Part shown: one piece after another, positions 10,297-19,520 of the stretch
How positions within the stretch are numbered: the first letter of the stretch is position 1
How the letters are laid out: each line of letters starts with the position of its first letter
Assembly (NCBI GenBank): GCA_963663385.2
Contig: CAXXXD010000004.1
Coordinates: forward strand, 128,001 to 192,000
From: Oceanispirochaeta sp.
Lineage (GTDB): Bacteria > Spirochaetota > Spirochaetia > DSM-2461
Direction: 5' to 3'
Length of the DNA: 64,000 nt
Translations under genes and position numbers: made by a program
Notes under the pieces: generated by a model
The model's input: only the letters and a program-made list of their open reading frames with translations
Databases searched by the model: none
What the model was told of the DNA's origin: nothing

Positions 10297-11562
10297 ATGA
10301 AAAAGATTTTAATGGTTTTAACGGCTTTCCTTTTTGCGGGAGCAATGGTCGCTGCAAACGGACAGAAAGATGGAGCTGATGGACAGACCAAACTGAAATT
10401 CGTTACCTGGGATGATGTTATGTTCGAATATATTGTCAATGTGCAGCCGATTGGAGAACTCTACAGAGAGTCTCACCCCAATATTACTATCGAAATCGAA
10501 AAATCCGAAGATTCGGAGAGTTACGAACAGACCATGCAGATCCGCGCCGCGGCAGGGGAACTGCCCGATATCATGCCTCTCAAACCCTATATGCTCGATA
10601 AATATAAAGATTATATGTCACCTCTGAACAATCATCCCTCTGCCGATAAGAATAAATTCGCCTCCATGTATTCGATCGATGGCAATATCATCGGGCTTCC
10701 CATAGCGAGTTTCAATGAATTTGTCTATTACAGAAAGAGTCTGTTTGCGGAACTGGGGCTTGAAATTCCCGCCACCTGGGGTGAATTCCTGAATATTCTG
10801 GAAACCGTTAAGGACGACGGCCGATACATACCCCTGGCAGTAGGGCTCAAAGATGCCTGGCCGGACTATCCGTTTAATGAGTTCATGCCGCTCCTGGAAG
10901 CCGGAAACGGCAACTATTACAATGATATTGCACAGATCGAAAAGCCTTTTACCAAAGGACAGCCTTTTTACGATTCCTACAGAAAGATACAGGATCTGAT
11001 GGATAAAGATGTTATGGGCAAAGATCCATTGGGGATGGGCTGGGACGAGGTCAAGTACCAGTTCTCTTCAGGCAAAGCGGTTATGCTGGCGGCCGGACAG
11101 TGGTATATCGCCGATTATGTCGAGAACCTGGGCGGTGATATAGACGATCTGGGCATCTTCTTTCTTCCCGTCCGGGACAAGGTTTCCGAACCCTTCTACG
11201 CAACTGTTATGGCCGATACTTTTCTGGGAATTCCCAAAGACAGTAAAAATGGCGAAGCGGCATCTGAGTTTATCCGCTGGTTCTTCGATGAATACTACCG
11301 GGACTTTCTGCCTTTCTACGGCGTTTCATCCACTGTGAACGGTATTGAAGTTTCGGGTAATCCCGTTCTGGAGCAGATTCCCAGTCTCGAACAGCCGGAA
11401 TTCATTCTTGTCGAAGCGGAGAGCGCCGCCTTTGCCGAAATCAAAAATGCGATTCAGTTCGATGTTAAGAGGATCGGTCAGGAAATGGCCGCCGGTTACT
11501 ACGACTCCTTTGATGCCCTGATGATGTCCCTCAACGAAGACTGGTCGGAAGCCCTGCAGTAA
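10297..11562 (+). CDS. Carbohydrate ABC transporter substrate-binding protein
   Basis: Signal peptide ending AANGQKD, GELPDI, YYRKSLFAELGLEIPATW, FSSGKAVM; AAGGAG SD. Confidence 0.9.
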   Translation: MKKILMVLTAFLFAGAMVAANGQKDGADGQTKLKFVTWDDVMFEYIVNVQPIGELYRESHPNITIEIEKSEDSESYEQTMQIRAAAGELPDIMPLKPYMLDKYKDYMSPLNNHPSADKNKFASMYSIDGNIIGLPIASFNEFVYYRKSLFAELGLEIPATWGEFLNILETVKDDGRYIPLAVGLKDAWPDYPFNEFMPLLEAGNGNYYNDIAQIEKPFTKGQPFYDSYRKIQDLMDKDVMGKDPLGMGWDEVKYQFSSGKAVMLAAGQWYIADYVENLGGDIDDLGIFFLPVRDKVSEPFYATVMADTFLGIPKDSKNGEAASEFIRWFFDEYYRDFLPFYGVSSTVNGIEVSGNPVLEQIPSLEQPEFILVEAESAAFAEIKNAIQFDVKRIGQEMAAGYYDSFDALMMSLNEDWSEALQ

Positions 11563-11587
11563 ATAAACAGGTAACCGATATCAATGC

Positions 11588-11622
11588 ATCCCGCAGGAAC
11601 GGGAGTCTGTTTTCTGCGGGAT
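11588..11622 (+). promoter_or_regulatory. Intercistronic hairpin after SBP gene (mRNA stabiliser or partial terminator)
   Basis: ATCCCGCAG...CTGCGGGAT inverted repeat. Confidence 0.5.
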
Positions 11623-11650
11623 CTCTTTACCATACTCTCAGGATTTTTAA

Positions 11651-12544
11651 ATGAAATACAATACTTTTGAAAGGGACAAGAATATCACCCTTTTTCTCTA
11701 TCTCACAGTTCCTGTCATTTTGACGGGGCTTCTTATTGTCTATCCGATGATTCGGCTTGTTCTATACAGCTTTTCCGACTGGAACGGGTTAAGCCTTTAC
11801 AGCAATATCGTTGGGGCGGATAACTACAGAAAAATCTTTACAAAGATGCCGGAGGTCTGGTTAAGCCTTAAAAACAACGCGGTCTACTTCTTAGGTCATC
11901 TTTTTTTTATACCCGTTGAAATGCTTATAGCCTACTATCTGGACCGGCAGAGAAGGTTCGGGGAATTTTACAAGACTATGGTTCTTCTCCCCTTTATTGT
12001 AAACGGTGTGGCCGTATCCTATATGTTCAGTTTTTTCTTCTCTCCCAACAACGGCACGATGGATGCTATTCTGGCTCTTCTGGGAATCGGCGAACAGTTC
12101 CGGTGGCTGAGCAGTCCCGACCTGGTCAATCTTACGCTGACTGCCGTCTCGATCTGGCGTTTTGCCGGGTTCCATATTGTCCTGTTTCTGGCCGGGGTCA
12201 TCTCCATTCCCCGGGAACTGTTTGAAGCCGCCCAGATTGACGGGGCCGGAGAAGGTCTTATATTCCGGAAAATTGTACTCCCCAATATCATCATCATTCT
12301 TGAAATCGTTCTCTTCCTCAATGTTCGGGGGGCCCTTCAGGTATTCGATATCCCCTTTGTTATAACCGGTGGCGGTCCGGGATTCGCCAGCAGCACATTC
12401 ACCCTGCTCACCATAAAAACAGCCTTCAATTTCAGCAGTTTCGGACTGGCCTGTGCCATGGCCGTGATCCTTTTCATCCTGATCATTATCTTTTCTGTCA
12501 TTCAGAATCTTCTGCTGAAAAGGGGGAAAAATGATTATCGATAA
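11651..12544 (+). CDS. Carbohydrate ABC transporter permease
   Basis: EAA motif ELFEAAQIDGA; SFSDWNG; multiple TMs. Confidence 0.92.
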   Translation: MKYNTFERDKNITLFLYLTVPVILTGLLIVYPMIRLVLYSFSDWNGLSLYSNIVGADNYRKIFTKMPEVWLSLKNNAVYFLGHLFFIPVEMLIAYYLDRQRRFGEFYKTMVLLPFIVNGVAVSYMFSFFFSPNNGTMDAILALLGIGEQFRWLSSPDLVNLTLTAVSIWRFAGFHIVLFLAGVISIPRELFEAAQIDGAGEGLIFRKIVLPNIIIILEIVLFLNVRGALQVFDIPFVITGGGPGFASSTFTLLTIKTAFNFSSFGLACAMAVILFILIIIFSVIQNLLLKRGKNDYR

Positions 12545-13367
12545 ATCTAAAAGCGGAGACTGTCTCAGAGCCGGAATCCTGACATTCATGGTTGTTCTTA
12601 TCGTTACGCCTCTTCTTATAACCCTCCTGGCGTCTTTTAAAACAGCCGGAGAAATAGGATCATCCTCTCCTCTGGCTCTGCCTGCCTCCTTATCTGTAGA
12701 GAATTATCTCAACGTCTTCAGAATCGGGCATATCGGACAGGCATTTTTCAACAGCCTATTTCAGGTTTTCGTCAGCCTTTTAATCAATACCCTGCTGGCT
12801 TCGACCGTTTCCTACTGCCTTTCCCGTTTCGATTTTCCCATGAAGAAGTTCATTTTTCTCCTCTTTTTAATGGGGATGATTGTTCCGGTTTATGTAACGG
12901 AAATTTCCCGGTTCGGTATCATAAAGATGCTCGGTCTCTACAATACAAGATGGGCGGGAATTCTTATCTATGCCGGTGCCGATATGATGCAGATCTATGT
13001 GTATCTCCAGTTCATCTCCCAGATCCCCAAAAGCCTTGATGAAAGTGCCATGATTGACGGATTACCCTTATGGAGGATCTACTGGATCATTATCCTGCCT
13101 CTCATTATGCCTGCTGTTGCCACATTGGGCATCCTGAAAATGGTGGATATAATGAACGATATGTATATTCCTTTTCTCTATATGCCTTCATTGAGGCTCA
13201 GAACTCTGACGACAAATCTTATGGCGGCTTTTGCCAATGACCGGCTGGGGTCCTGGCAGAACTTAAGTGCCGCTATCATCATCGTTATGCTGCCCGTAAC
13301 TGTTATCTATCTTCTGTTTCAGAAGCAGGTTATGCGCGGTATAATGGCCGGCGCCGTAAAAGGGTAG
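12531..13367 (+). CDS. Carbohydrate ABC transporter permease
   Basis: IPKSLDESAMIDG; C-terminal FQKQVMRGIMAGAVKG. Confidence 0.92.
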   Translation: MIIDKSKSGDCLRAGILTFMVVLIVTPLLITLLASFKTAGEIGSSSPLALPASLSVENYLNVFRIGHIGQAFFNSLFQVFVSLLINTLLASTVSYCLSRFDFPMKKFIFLLFLMGMIVPVYVTEISRFGIIKMLGLYNTRWAGILIYAGADMMQIYVYLQFISQIPKSLDESAMIDGLPLWRIYWIIILPLIMPAVATLGILKMVDIMNDMYIPFLYMPSLRLRTLTTNLMAAFANDRLGSWQNLSAAIIIVMLPVTVIYLLFQKQVMRGIMAGAVKG

Positions 13368-13390
13368 GGACCCGGCATCTGTGGGATTTC

Positions 13391-13422
13391 TGCATCAGGG
13401 GGCTTGCTGATCCCCTGATGTA
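13391..13422 (+). terminator. Putative terminator hairpin after the sugar ABC operon
   Basis: CATCAGGGG...CCCCTGATG stem. Confidence 0.5.
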
Positions 13423-13441
13423 TCCTCTGTTATTTCTATCG

Positions 13442-13506
13442 GGTTCATTATTTTAAACCAAAAAACAGTATATTCAGTTTCTTCCGGTCTTCTCGAAATA
13501 TATAAT
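13442..13506 (+). promoter_or_regulatory. Activator-type promoter block, copy 1 (upstream of Na/Pi cotransporter)
   Basis: 13442-13487 is 39/46 identical, ungapped, to 15318-15363; TATAAT at 13501. Confidence 0.7.
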
Positions 13507-13611
13507 TTTTTCTGATTTCCGCAGGTCTGTGTTAATCGGGATTTTCATTTATGAAGCCCGAAATCGCGTCCCTGATAATGATAAAAATATTCAAATTTTG
13601 AGAGGCTGAAA

Positions 13612-15258
13612 ATGAGTACCTGGAATCTTTTTTCGCTGGTCGGTGGATTGGCGATATTTTTATTCGGTATGATGGAGATGAACAAACATCTCACGTCCAT
13701 AGCCGGAAGCAGGATGAAGTCTATCATGCTCACCCTGACAAAAGGAAGGCTGAGAGGATATTTAACCGGACTCGGGATAACGATTGTCAATCAGTCCTCT
13801 TCCGCAACCACAGTCCTTGAAGCTGCTCTTGTAGGGGCGGGACTTATGACTTTTCAGCAGAGCCTCGCCGTAACCCTCGGGGCTGAGCTCGGTTCTACAT
13901 TTCTGCCGCAGCTTGTTGCCTTCCCTTCGATCACAAAGCTTTCCACTCTTATTGTCTTTATCGGTTTTGTAATGCTCCTATCTGTAAAGACCAGGAAAAG
14001 AAAGTATATTGCCATGACCATATTTTCGTTCGGCCTGCTTTTTCTGGGAATGGATATGATGTCTGTTTCTTTAAAACCGCTTCGTTCCTATGAACCCTTT
14101 ATTGAACTGATGAAAAATGTGGAAACCCCGATTCTTGGAATCCTCCTGGGGTTGATTTTTACTATGGTTATTCAATCCTCCGGGGCGACAACAGGTATTA
14201 CCATTGCCATGGCTCTGTCCGGGACCATCTCTCTGGAGCAGGCCATTCCCATTAATCTTGGAGCCGCTGTCGGGACCTGTATCACTGCCGTGCTCGGAAG
14301 CATTTCGCTGAACTGGGAGGCAAAAAGATCGGCCTATATACATATCATGTTTCAGCTGATCGGCGCTGTCTGGGTTTTTATCCTGCTGGTAGTTCCTTTT
14401 CAGGGGGAACGGCTGTATATCTGGTGGATCAAATGGTTTACCCTCCATGTTCTGGGTACCGAGAGTCTGGCCCGCCAGATTGCCATGGGATTTACTTTCA
14501 TGCCGGTCATTAACCATCTGATTGTCTTTCCCAATCTTAGAATAGTTGTGAATCTGTTTAATAAAGTGTTTCCCGAAAGAGAGGTTTCCCAGCCATTCGG
14601 TGCAAAGTATATTCATGACAAACTGATCGATAAAAGCGTTGAGCTGTCTCTGATGATGACAAAAAAGGAGATCCTGCGGGTTACCGGCTATATTCAGGAA
14701 ATGATACAGGATGTGAAAACGGCCTTCAGAAGCAAAGACCCTGAGATCCTGATGAAAGTCAGCGAACTGGATTCAAAAGTGGATACTCTTCACAAAGTTA
14801 TCATTACTTTTCTGGCAAAACTGTCCCAGGAAGAATTAACCAAAAAAGAATCGGAACTGTGCATGAATTATATGTATATACAAAATGAGCTTGAATCCAT
14901 AGGAGATGTTATCGACAAAAATATAATGAGCCTGGCCGCAAAGAAGATTGAGAATAACCTCATATTTTCTGATGAAGGGTTTCATGAACTGGAACACCTC
15001 ATCTATAAGGTGAACAGAAATTTTGAAAATCTGACGGAAGCCCTGAAAAATGATGATCCCCTCAAGATCGGGGTGGTGCTTGATTCCTATAAGAAAAAGG
15101 AAGAGGAAAAATATAAAGAGAAGCATATCGAACGATTATATAAAGGGCAGGCCGAGTCAATTGCAACATCTTCAGTACACCTGGATCTTATTTCCTATTT
15201 TTCCAGAATAAACGCCCATATCGCCTACATCGCGAAAAGGATGCGTCTGGTTTATTAA
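13612..15258 (+). CDS. Na+/phosphate cotransporter (NptA family) with C-terminal PhoU-like domains
   Basis: Duplicated QSSSAT / IQSSGAT signatures; C-terminal ELESIGD and FSDEG helical domain. Confidence 0.9.
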   Translation: MSTWNLFSLVGGLAIFLFGMMEMNKHLTSIAGSRMKSIMLTLTKGRLRGYLTGLGITIVNQSSSATTVLEAALVGAGLMTFQQSLAVTLGAELGSTFLPQLVAFPSITKLSTLIVFIGFVMLLSVKTRKRKYIAMTIFSFGLLFLGMDMMSVSLKPLRSYEPFIELMKNVETPILGILLGLIFTMVIQSSGATTGITIAMALSGTISLEQAIPINLGAAVGTCITAVLGSISLNWEAKRSAYIHIMFQLIGAVWVFILLVVPFQGERLYIWWIKWFTLHVLGTESLARQIAMGFTFMPVINHLIVFPNLRIVVNLFNKVFPEREVSQPFGAKYIHDKLIDKSVELSLMMTKKEILRVTGYIQEMIQDVKTAFRSKDPEILMKVSELDSKVDTLHKVIITFLAKLSQEELTKKESELCMNYMYIQNELESIGDVIDKNIMSLAAKKIENNLIFSDEGFHELEHLIYKVNRNFENLTEALKNDDPLKIGVVLDSYKKKEEEKYKEKHIERLYKGQAESIATSSVHLDLISYFSRINAHIAYIAKRMRLVY

Positions 15259-15317
15259 ACTCTCACGTTTCAAATCCGGGGCAGAAATCGCCGTTGACGG
15301 CACCTGATATTCAGTCC

Positions 15318-15382
15318 GGTTCATAAATTTAAACTAAATAACAGTATATTCTGTTTTTTCTGGACGCCCCGGAGTTTATAGT
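15318..15382 (+). promoter_or_regulatory. Activator-type promoter block, copy 2 (upstream of TRAP operon)
   Basis: Paralog of 13442-13487; contains AACAG-tatatt-CTGTT; TATAGT at 15377, same offset as in copy 1. Confidence 0.7.
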
Positions 15383-15451
15383 TTTCTAGTGCCGATACCT
15401 TCACCGCTTCGGTAAAGGTAAAGGTGAAAAGTATTTTTCAAGGAGGAATAG

Positions 15452-16504
15452 ATGAAAAAAATATTTTCACAGATTCTGATTATCACCGCGATTCTGGCTC
15501 TGGCATCATGTGGTAACGGAAAAGCAAAAGGGGTCGGCGGCGATTCAGCAGCTGAAAAAGCTGAAAAAATGGTAGCTCAGAAAAAGGTAATCAACATCAG
15601 TACGAAATTTGTTGATGATGAACAGACTGCCATGTCATTGAAGAAAGTTGTCGAACAGGTTAATGAAAGAAGCGGAGGTTCTCTGGAACTGCAGCTCTTC
15701 TCAAGCGGGGTTCTGCCTATCGGTAAAGACGGTATGGAACAGATTGTAGCCGGTTCCGACTGGATCCTTGTTGACGGAGTCAACTTCCTCGGGGATTATG
15801 TTCCCGATTATAATGCGATTACCGGTCCTTTCCTTTACAGTTCCTTTGATGAATATTTCGCCATGACACAGACTGACCTGGTAAAAGGGCTGAACCGGAA
15901 AATTGAAAGCGAATACGGTGTTAAAGTTCTGTCTCTCGACTGGGTCTTCGGATTCAGGAGCATGATGACAAACAAGCCGATTCTGACACCTGCCGATATG
16001 GATGGTCTGAATATCCGTGTACCAACCAGCCAGCTTTACACCTATACTATAGAAGCCATGGGCGGAAATCCCGTTGCCATGCCTTACCCCGATACCTATG
16101 CCGCCCTGCAGCAGGGAGTTATCGATGGTGTTGAGGGATCAATCATGACCTACTACGGAACCCAGCAGTACGAGAATGTCAAGGAATACTCATTGACCAA
16201 CCATCTGCTTGGCGTTTCTGCCGTTACCATTTCTACCAAACTTTGGGACAGACTGACGGAAGAAGAGCAGGCTATCATTCTGGATGCTTTTGAAATGGGA
16301 AGAGAGGACAACCTGAAAGAAACTCTCAAAGCGGAAGGCGAGTTTGTTGATCTTCTTAAAGCGGAAGGTGTTCACTTCAACAAGGTGGACAGCGAAGCAT
16401 TCCTCAAAGCAGCGGCTCCCGTTTATACAAAATTCCCTCAGTGGACTCCCGGTATTTATGACAGGATTCTGGCTGAGCTGGAAAAAATCAAAGCAGCTCA
16501 ATAG
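15452..16504 (+). CDS. dctP: TRAP transporter substrate-binding lipoprotein (DctP family)
   Basis: Lipobox LALASC; GFRSM, GLNIRVP, YAALQQGVIDGVE. Confidence 0.9.
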   Translation: MKKIFSQILIITAILALASCGNGKAKGVGGDSAAEKAEKMVAQKKVINISTKFVDDEQTAMSLKKVVEQVNERSGGSLELQLFSSGVLPIGKDGMEQIVAGSDWILVDGVNFLGDYVPDYNAITGPFLYSSFDEYFAMTQTDLVKGLNRKIESEYGVKVLSLDWVFGFRSMMTNKPILTPADMDGLNIRVPTSQLYTYTIEAMGGNPVAMPYPDTYAALQQGVIDGVEGSIMTYYGTQQYENVKEYSLTNHLLGVSAVTISTKLWDRLTEEEQAIILDAFEMGREDNLKETLKAEGEFVDLLKAEGVHFNKVDSEAFLKAAAPVYTKFPQWTPGIYDRILAELEKIKAAQ

Positions 16505-16515
16505 ATCTGATAATT

Positions 16516-16562
16516 GCGAAAGGATCCCGTTCTTTCTTCAGAGGGAGAACGGGATCCTTTGC
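16516..16562 (+). promoter_or_regulatory. Long intercistronic hairpin after TRAP SBP gene
   Basis: AAAGGATCCCGTTCT...AGAACGGGATCCTTT inverted repeat. Confidence 0.6.
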
Positions 16563-16583
16563 TGATTAAAAAAAGGGATTCTT

Positions 16584-17147
16584 ATGAAAACAAATTTGAA
16601 AAAATGGGGCGTCCATTTTGAATTGTACATAGGGGCAGTTTTTCTGTCTGTTACAACAATTATTGTCATTATGAATGTCATCACACGATATTTCCTGCAT
16701 TTTACTTTCACCTGGGCAGAAGAGATTGCTGTCGGCTGTTTTGTCTGGACCATCTTTCTCGGGCTTGCCAATGCCTATAAAACCAGAGGGCTTATAGGTG
16801 TGGAGCTTCTGACGAATATGGTTCCGGAAAAGGGACGACCGGTTGTCGTGTTCATTACATCTCTTATCGTATCTGTCCTTGCGGGTACAATGTTTATTTT
16901 CAGTTTCAAGTATGTAATGAACTCAACAAAGATTACAGCCGCTCTGGAATTGTCCTACAAGTATATATACAGTTCCATGGTATTTTCATTCGCATTGATT
17001 ACACTCTATTCCCTGTATTTTCTGGAACAGAGTTTTAAAAAAATGGTTACAGGCGCTGATGTGAACCTTGAAATCGAAGATGACCTTGAAAAACAGCTTC
17101 TGAACAGCGAGCTGGAGATGATGAAAATCAGGATGGAGGTTGAGTAA
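16584..17147 (+). CDS. dctQ: TRAP transporter small permease
   Basis: NVITRY...WAEEIA...W; about 4 TMs. Confidence 0.9.
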   Translation: MKTNLKKWGVHFELYIGAVFLSVTTIIVIMNVITRYFLHFTFTWAEEIAVGCFVWTIFLGLANAYKTRGLIGVELLTNMVPEKGRPVVVFITSLIVSVLAGTMFIFSFKYVMNSTKITAALELSYKYIYSSMVFSFALITLYSLYFLEQSFKKMVTGADVNLEIEDDLEKQLLNSELEMMKIRMEVE

Positions 17148-18430
17148 TGGTATTGATTCCTGTAGCAGTCCTTTTCATTCTGTTTTTTCTTAATATTCCA
17201 ATTGCTTTCGCCCTGATGGGAGCGTCTCTCACATATTTTATCTTCATAAACACATTTATGCCTATGGAGATGATCATTCAGCAGTTTGTTACAGCCGTTG
17301 AATCCTTTCCCTACCTGGCGGTTCCGTTTTTTATCATGGTAGGTTCGGTCATGAACCATTCGGGGATCAGCAAGGCTTTAATGGATTTTTCAGATGTCCT
17401 GGTCGGGCATACGAAAGGCGGTCTTGCACAAGTCAATGTACTGCTTAGCGCCATGATGGGGGGAATCTCCGGTTCAGCTAACGCCGATGCGGCCATGCAG
17501 TCAAAAATCCTTGTGCCCGAAATGGAGAGGAAAGGTTTCTCAAAAGAATTTTCCGGAGCGATTACAGCAGCCTCATCGGCAATCAGCCCTGTCATCCCGC
17601 CGGGAACAAATCTGATTCTTTATGCTCTGATTGCCAATGTTTCGGTCGGCAGCATGTTTCTGGCAGCCTATATGCCGGGAATCCTGATGGCTTTCGCCCT
17701 GATGGTTACGGTTCATATTATTGCGGTCATACGAAAATACCAGCCCAGCCGCGATACGATGGCATCACCGTCGGTTATCTTTAAACAGTTTACAAAATCA
17801 ATATGGGCCCTTTTTATTCCCTTTGCCATCATTATGGGAATGCGCTTCGGTATTTTCACTCCCACCGAAGCCGGGGGTATCGCGGTTGCCTTTGCTGCAG
17901 TTGTCGGTTTATTTGTCTATAAGGAACTTAAGATAGAGCATATCCCTCTGATCCTTATGGATACGGTAAAAGGTACAGGCGCGGTGATGGCTATCATTGC
18001 CAGTGCCAAGGTTTTCGGTTACTATCTGACTCTGGAACGGATTCCCCAGATGATTACCGAGTTTCTGGTGAATATGACAGGCAGCCCCTTTGTTCTGCTG
18101 ATATTTATCAATGTTCTGCTGCTTTTTATCGGAATGTTTATTGAAGGCGGGGCCGCTCTGGTTATTCTTGCACCTCTGCTGGTCCCCGCTGTGAAAATGT
18201 TCGGAATTGATCCATTGCATTTCGGCATCATCTTTATTGTTAACATAATGATCGGAGGCTTGACTCCTCCCTTCGGATCGATGATGTTTACAGTGTGTTC
18301 CATCGTGGACATCAAACTGGAGAAATTTGTCAAAGAAGTATGGCCCTTTATTTTAGCCTTACTGCTTGTGCTGTTACTCTTGACCTATTCCGAGTCAGTT
18401 GCCCTGTTTACGTTGAGACTGTTCAGCTGA
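17147..18430 (+). CDS. dctM: TRAP transporter large permease
   Basis: LAVPFF, GGISGSANAD, VIPPG, TPTEAG, LTPPFG. Confidence 0.93.
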   Translation: MVLIPVAVLFILFFLNIPIAFALMGASLTYFIFINTFMPMEMIIQQFVTAVESFPYLAVPFFIMVGSVMNHSGISKALMDFSDVLVGHTKGGLAQVNVLLSAMMGGISGSANADAAMQSKILVPEMERKGFSKEFSGAITAASSAISPVIPPGTNLILYALIANVSVGSMFLAAYMPGILMAFALMVTVHIIAVIRKYQPSRDTMASPSVIFKQFTKSIWALFIPFAIIMGMRFGIFTPTEAGGIAVAFAAVVGLFVYKELKIEHIPLILMDTVKGTGAVMAIIASAKVFGYYLTLERIPQMITEFLVNMTGSPFVLLIFINVLLLFIGMFIEGGAALVILAPLLVPAVKMFGIDPLHFGIIFIVNIMIGGLTPPFGSMMFTVCSIVDIKLEKFVKEVWPFILALLLVLLLLTYSESVALFTLRLFS

Positions 18431-18497
18431 CGTTCTCTGTGTGTGCTCCCTCCCGCTGAAGGGGGGGCGTAACCCCGGGGAATGATTGGGAAGGATA

Positions 18498-19517
18498 ATG
18501 TTAGGAAAGACAAAGAAACGGATTGCAGGATTAATTTTTGTGCCGGTAGCTGTAACTGTCCTCTTTTTATCAATCAAACTGCCGGAATGGGGTTTGTTTA
18601 TTCATAATGAACCCGAAAATCAGATACTGAAAATACATAGCCCCCTGAATGAGAGAATAATAATCCCCATTGTCAAAGAGTTTCAGGAAAGTACAGGTAT
18701 CCAGGTTGAATATACATCCGCCGGAACTCTGGATCTTTTAGATGCTCTGCATGATAAGGGCGATGAATATCTGATGGATATTATGTGGGGCGGCAGTAAA
18801 GAGTACCTGAATATCTATAACGACCTGTTTGAACCTCTTACCTACGGCGGCGAATATACCTTAGGCTATAACCAGCTGCCAATTGTTTTGATTTATAACA
18901 AAAAGCTCGTTTCGGAAGATGAAGTCTGCCGCAGCTGGCTGGATCTGATTGATCCCAAATGGAAAGGGCGTCTGGCCATGGCGGATCCTGAAGGTTCGGG
19001 TTCCGCTTATATTGCTCTGTCTTTTCTTCTGGAACTGGATATGAAAGAGGAGTACAACTGGGAATATGCCGCCAAACTGCTTCACAATGTGAATGGTAAA
19101 ATGCTTGCCAAATCCTCGGAAGTCTACGAAGGAGTTGCCGACGGAGACTTTGCCATAGGTATAACCATGGAGGAAGCAGCCATCAACTTTATTCATCAGG
19201 GCAAAGACATCGAAATTGTATACCTTGAGGAAGGCACACCGGTTATCAACGATTCCATCGCCCTTATGAAGGATGCCAGAAACAAAGAGCAGGCCAAAAC
19301 ATTTATTGAGTTTGTCCTCAGCAGGAAGGTACAGACTTATATGGTTGACCGTTTCTATTTAAGATCCGTAAGAGGGGATGTCAAAATCCCCATAGGTCTG
19401 TCATCCATGGATACGCTGAATATCTTTGACAGCTCAAATCTGTCTACTTTTGAACGACAGGATGAAATCCTGAAAAAATGGCGGCAGATGGTAGCCGATG
19501 CAGAGTTCAGGAAATAA
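18498..19517 (+). CDS. Membrane-anchored Fe3+/phosphonate-type extracellular solute-binding protein, probable sensory accessory (HptA/PgtC-like role)
   Basis: DIMWGG, SWLDLIDPKWKG, DPEGSGS, EFVLS; lies 3 bp before a kinase gene, with no ABC permease nearby. Confidence 0.75.
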   Translation: MLGKTKKRIAGLIFVPVAVTVLFLSIKLPEWGLFIHNEPENQILKIHSPLNERIIIPIVKEFQESTGIQVEYTSAGTLDLLDALHDKGDEYLMDIMWGGSKEYLNIYNDLFEPLTYGGEYTLGYNQLPIVLIYNKKLVSEDEVCRSWLDLIDPKWKGRLAMADPEGSGSAYIALSFLLELDMKEEYNWEYAAKLLHNVNGKMLAKSSEVYEGVADGDFAIGITMEEAAINFIHQGKDIEIVYLEEGTPVINDSIALMKDARNKEQAKTFIEFVLSRKVQTYMVDRFYLRSVRGDVKIPIGLSSMDTLNIFDSSNLSTFERQDEILKKWRQMVADAEFRK

Positions 19518-19520
19518 CGG

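Noticed and set aside
10297..13367. Sugar ABC operon lacking an ATPase as an anomaly
   Set aside because: Common; such systems usually share an MsmK/MalK-type ATPase encoded elsewhere.
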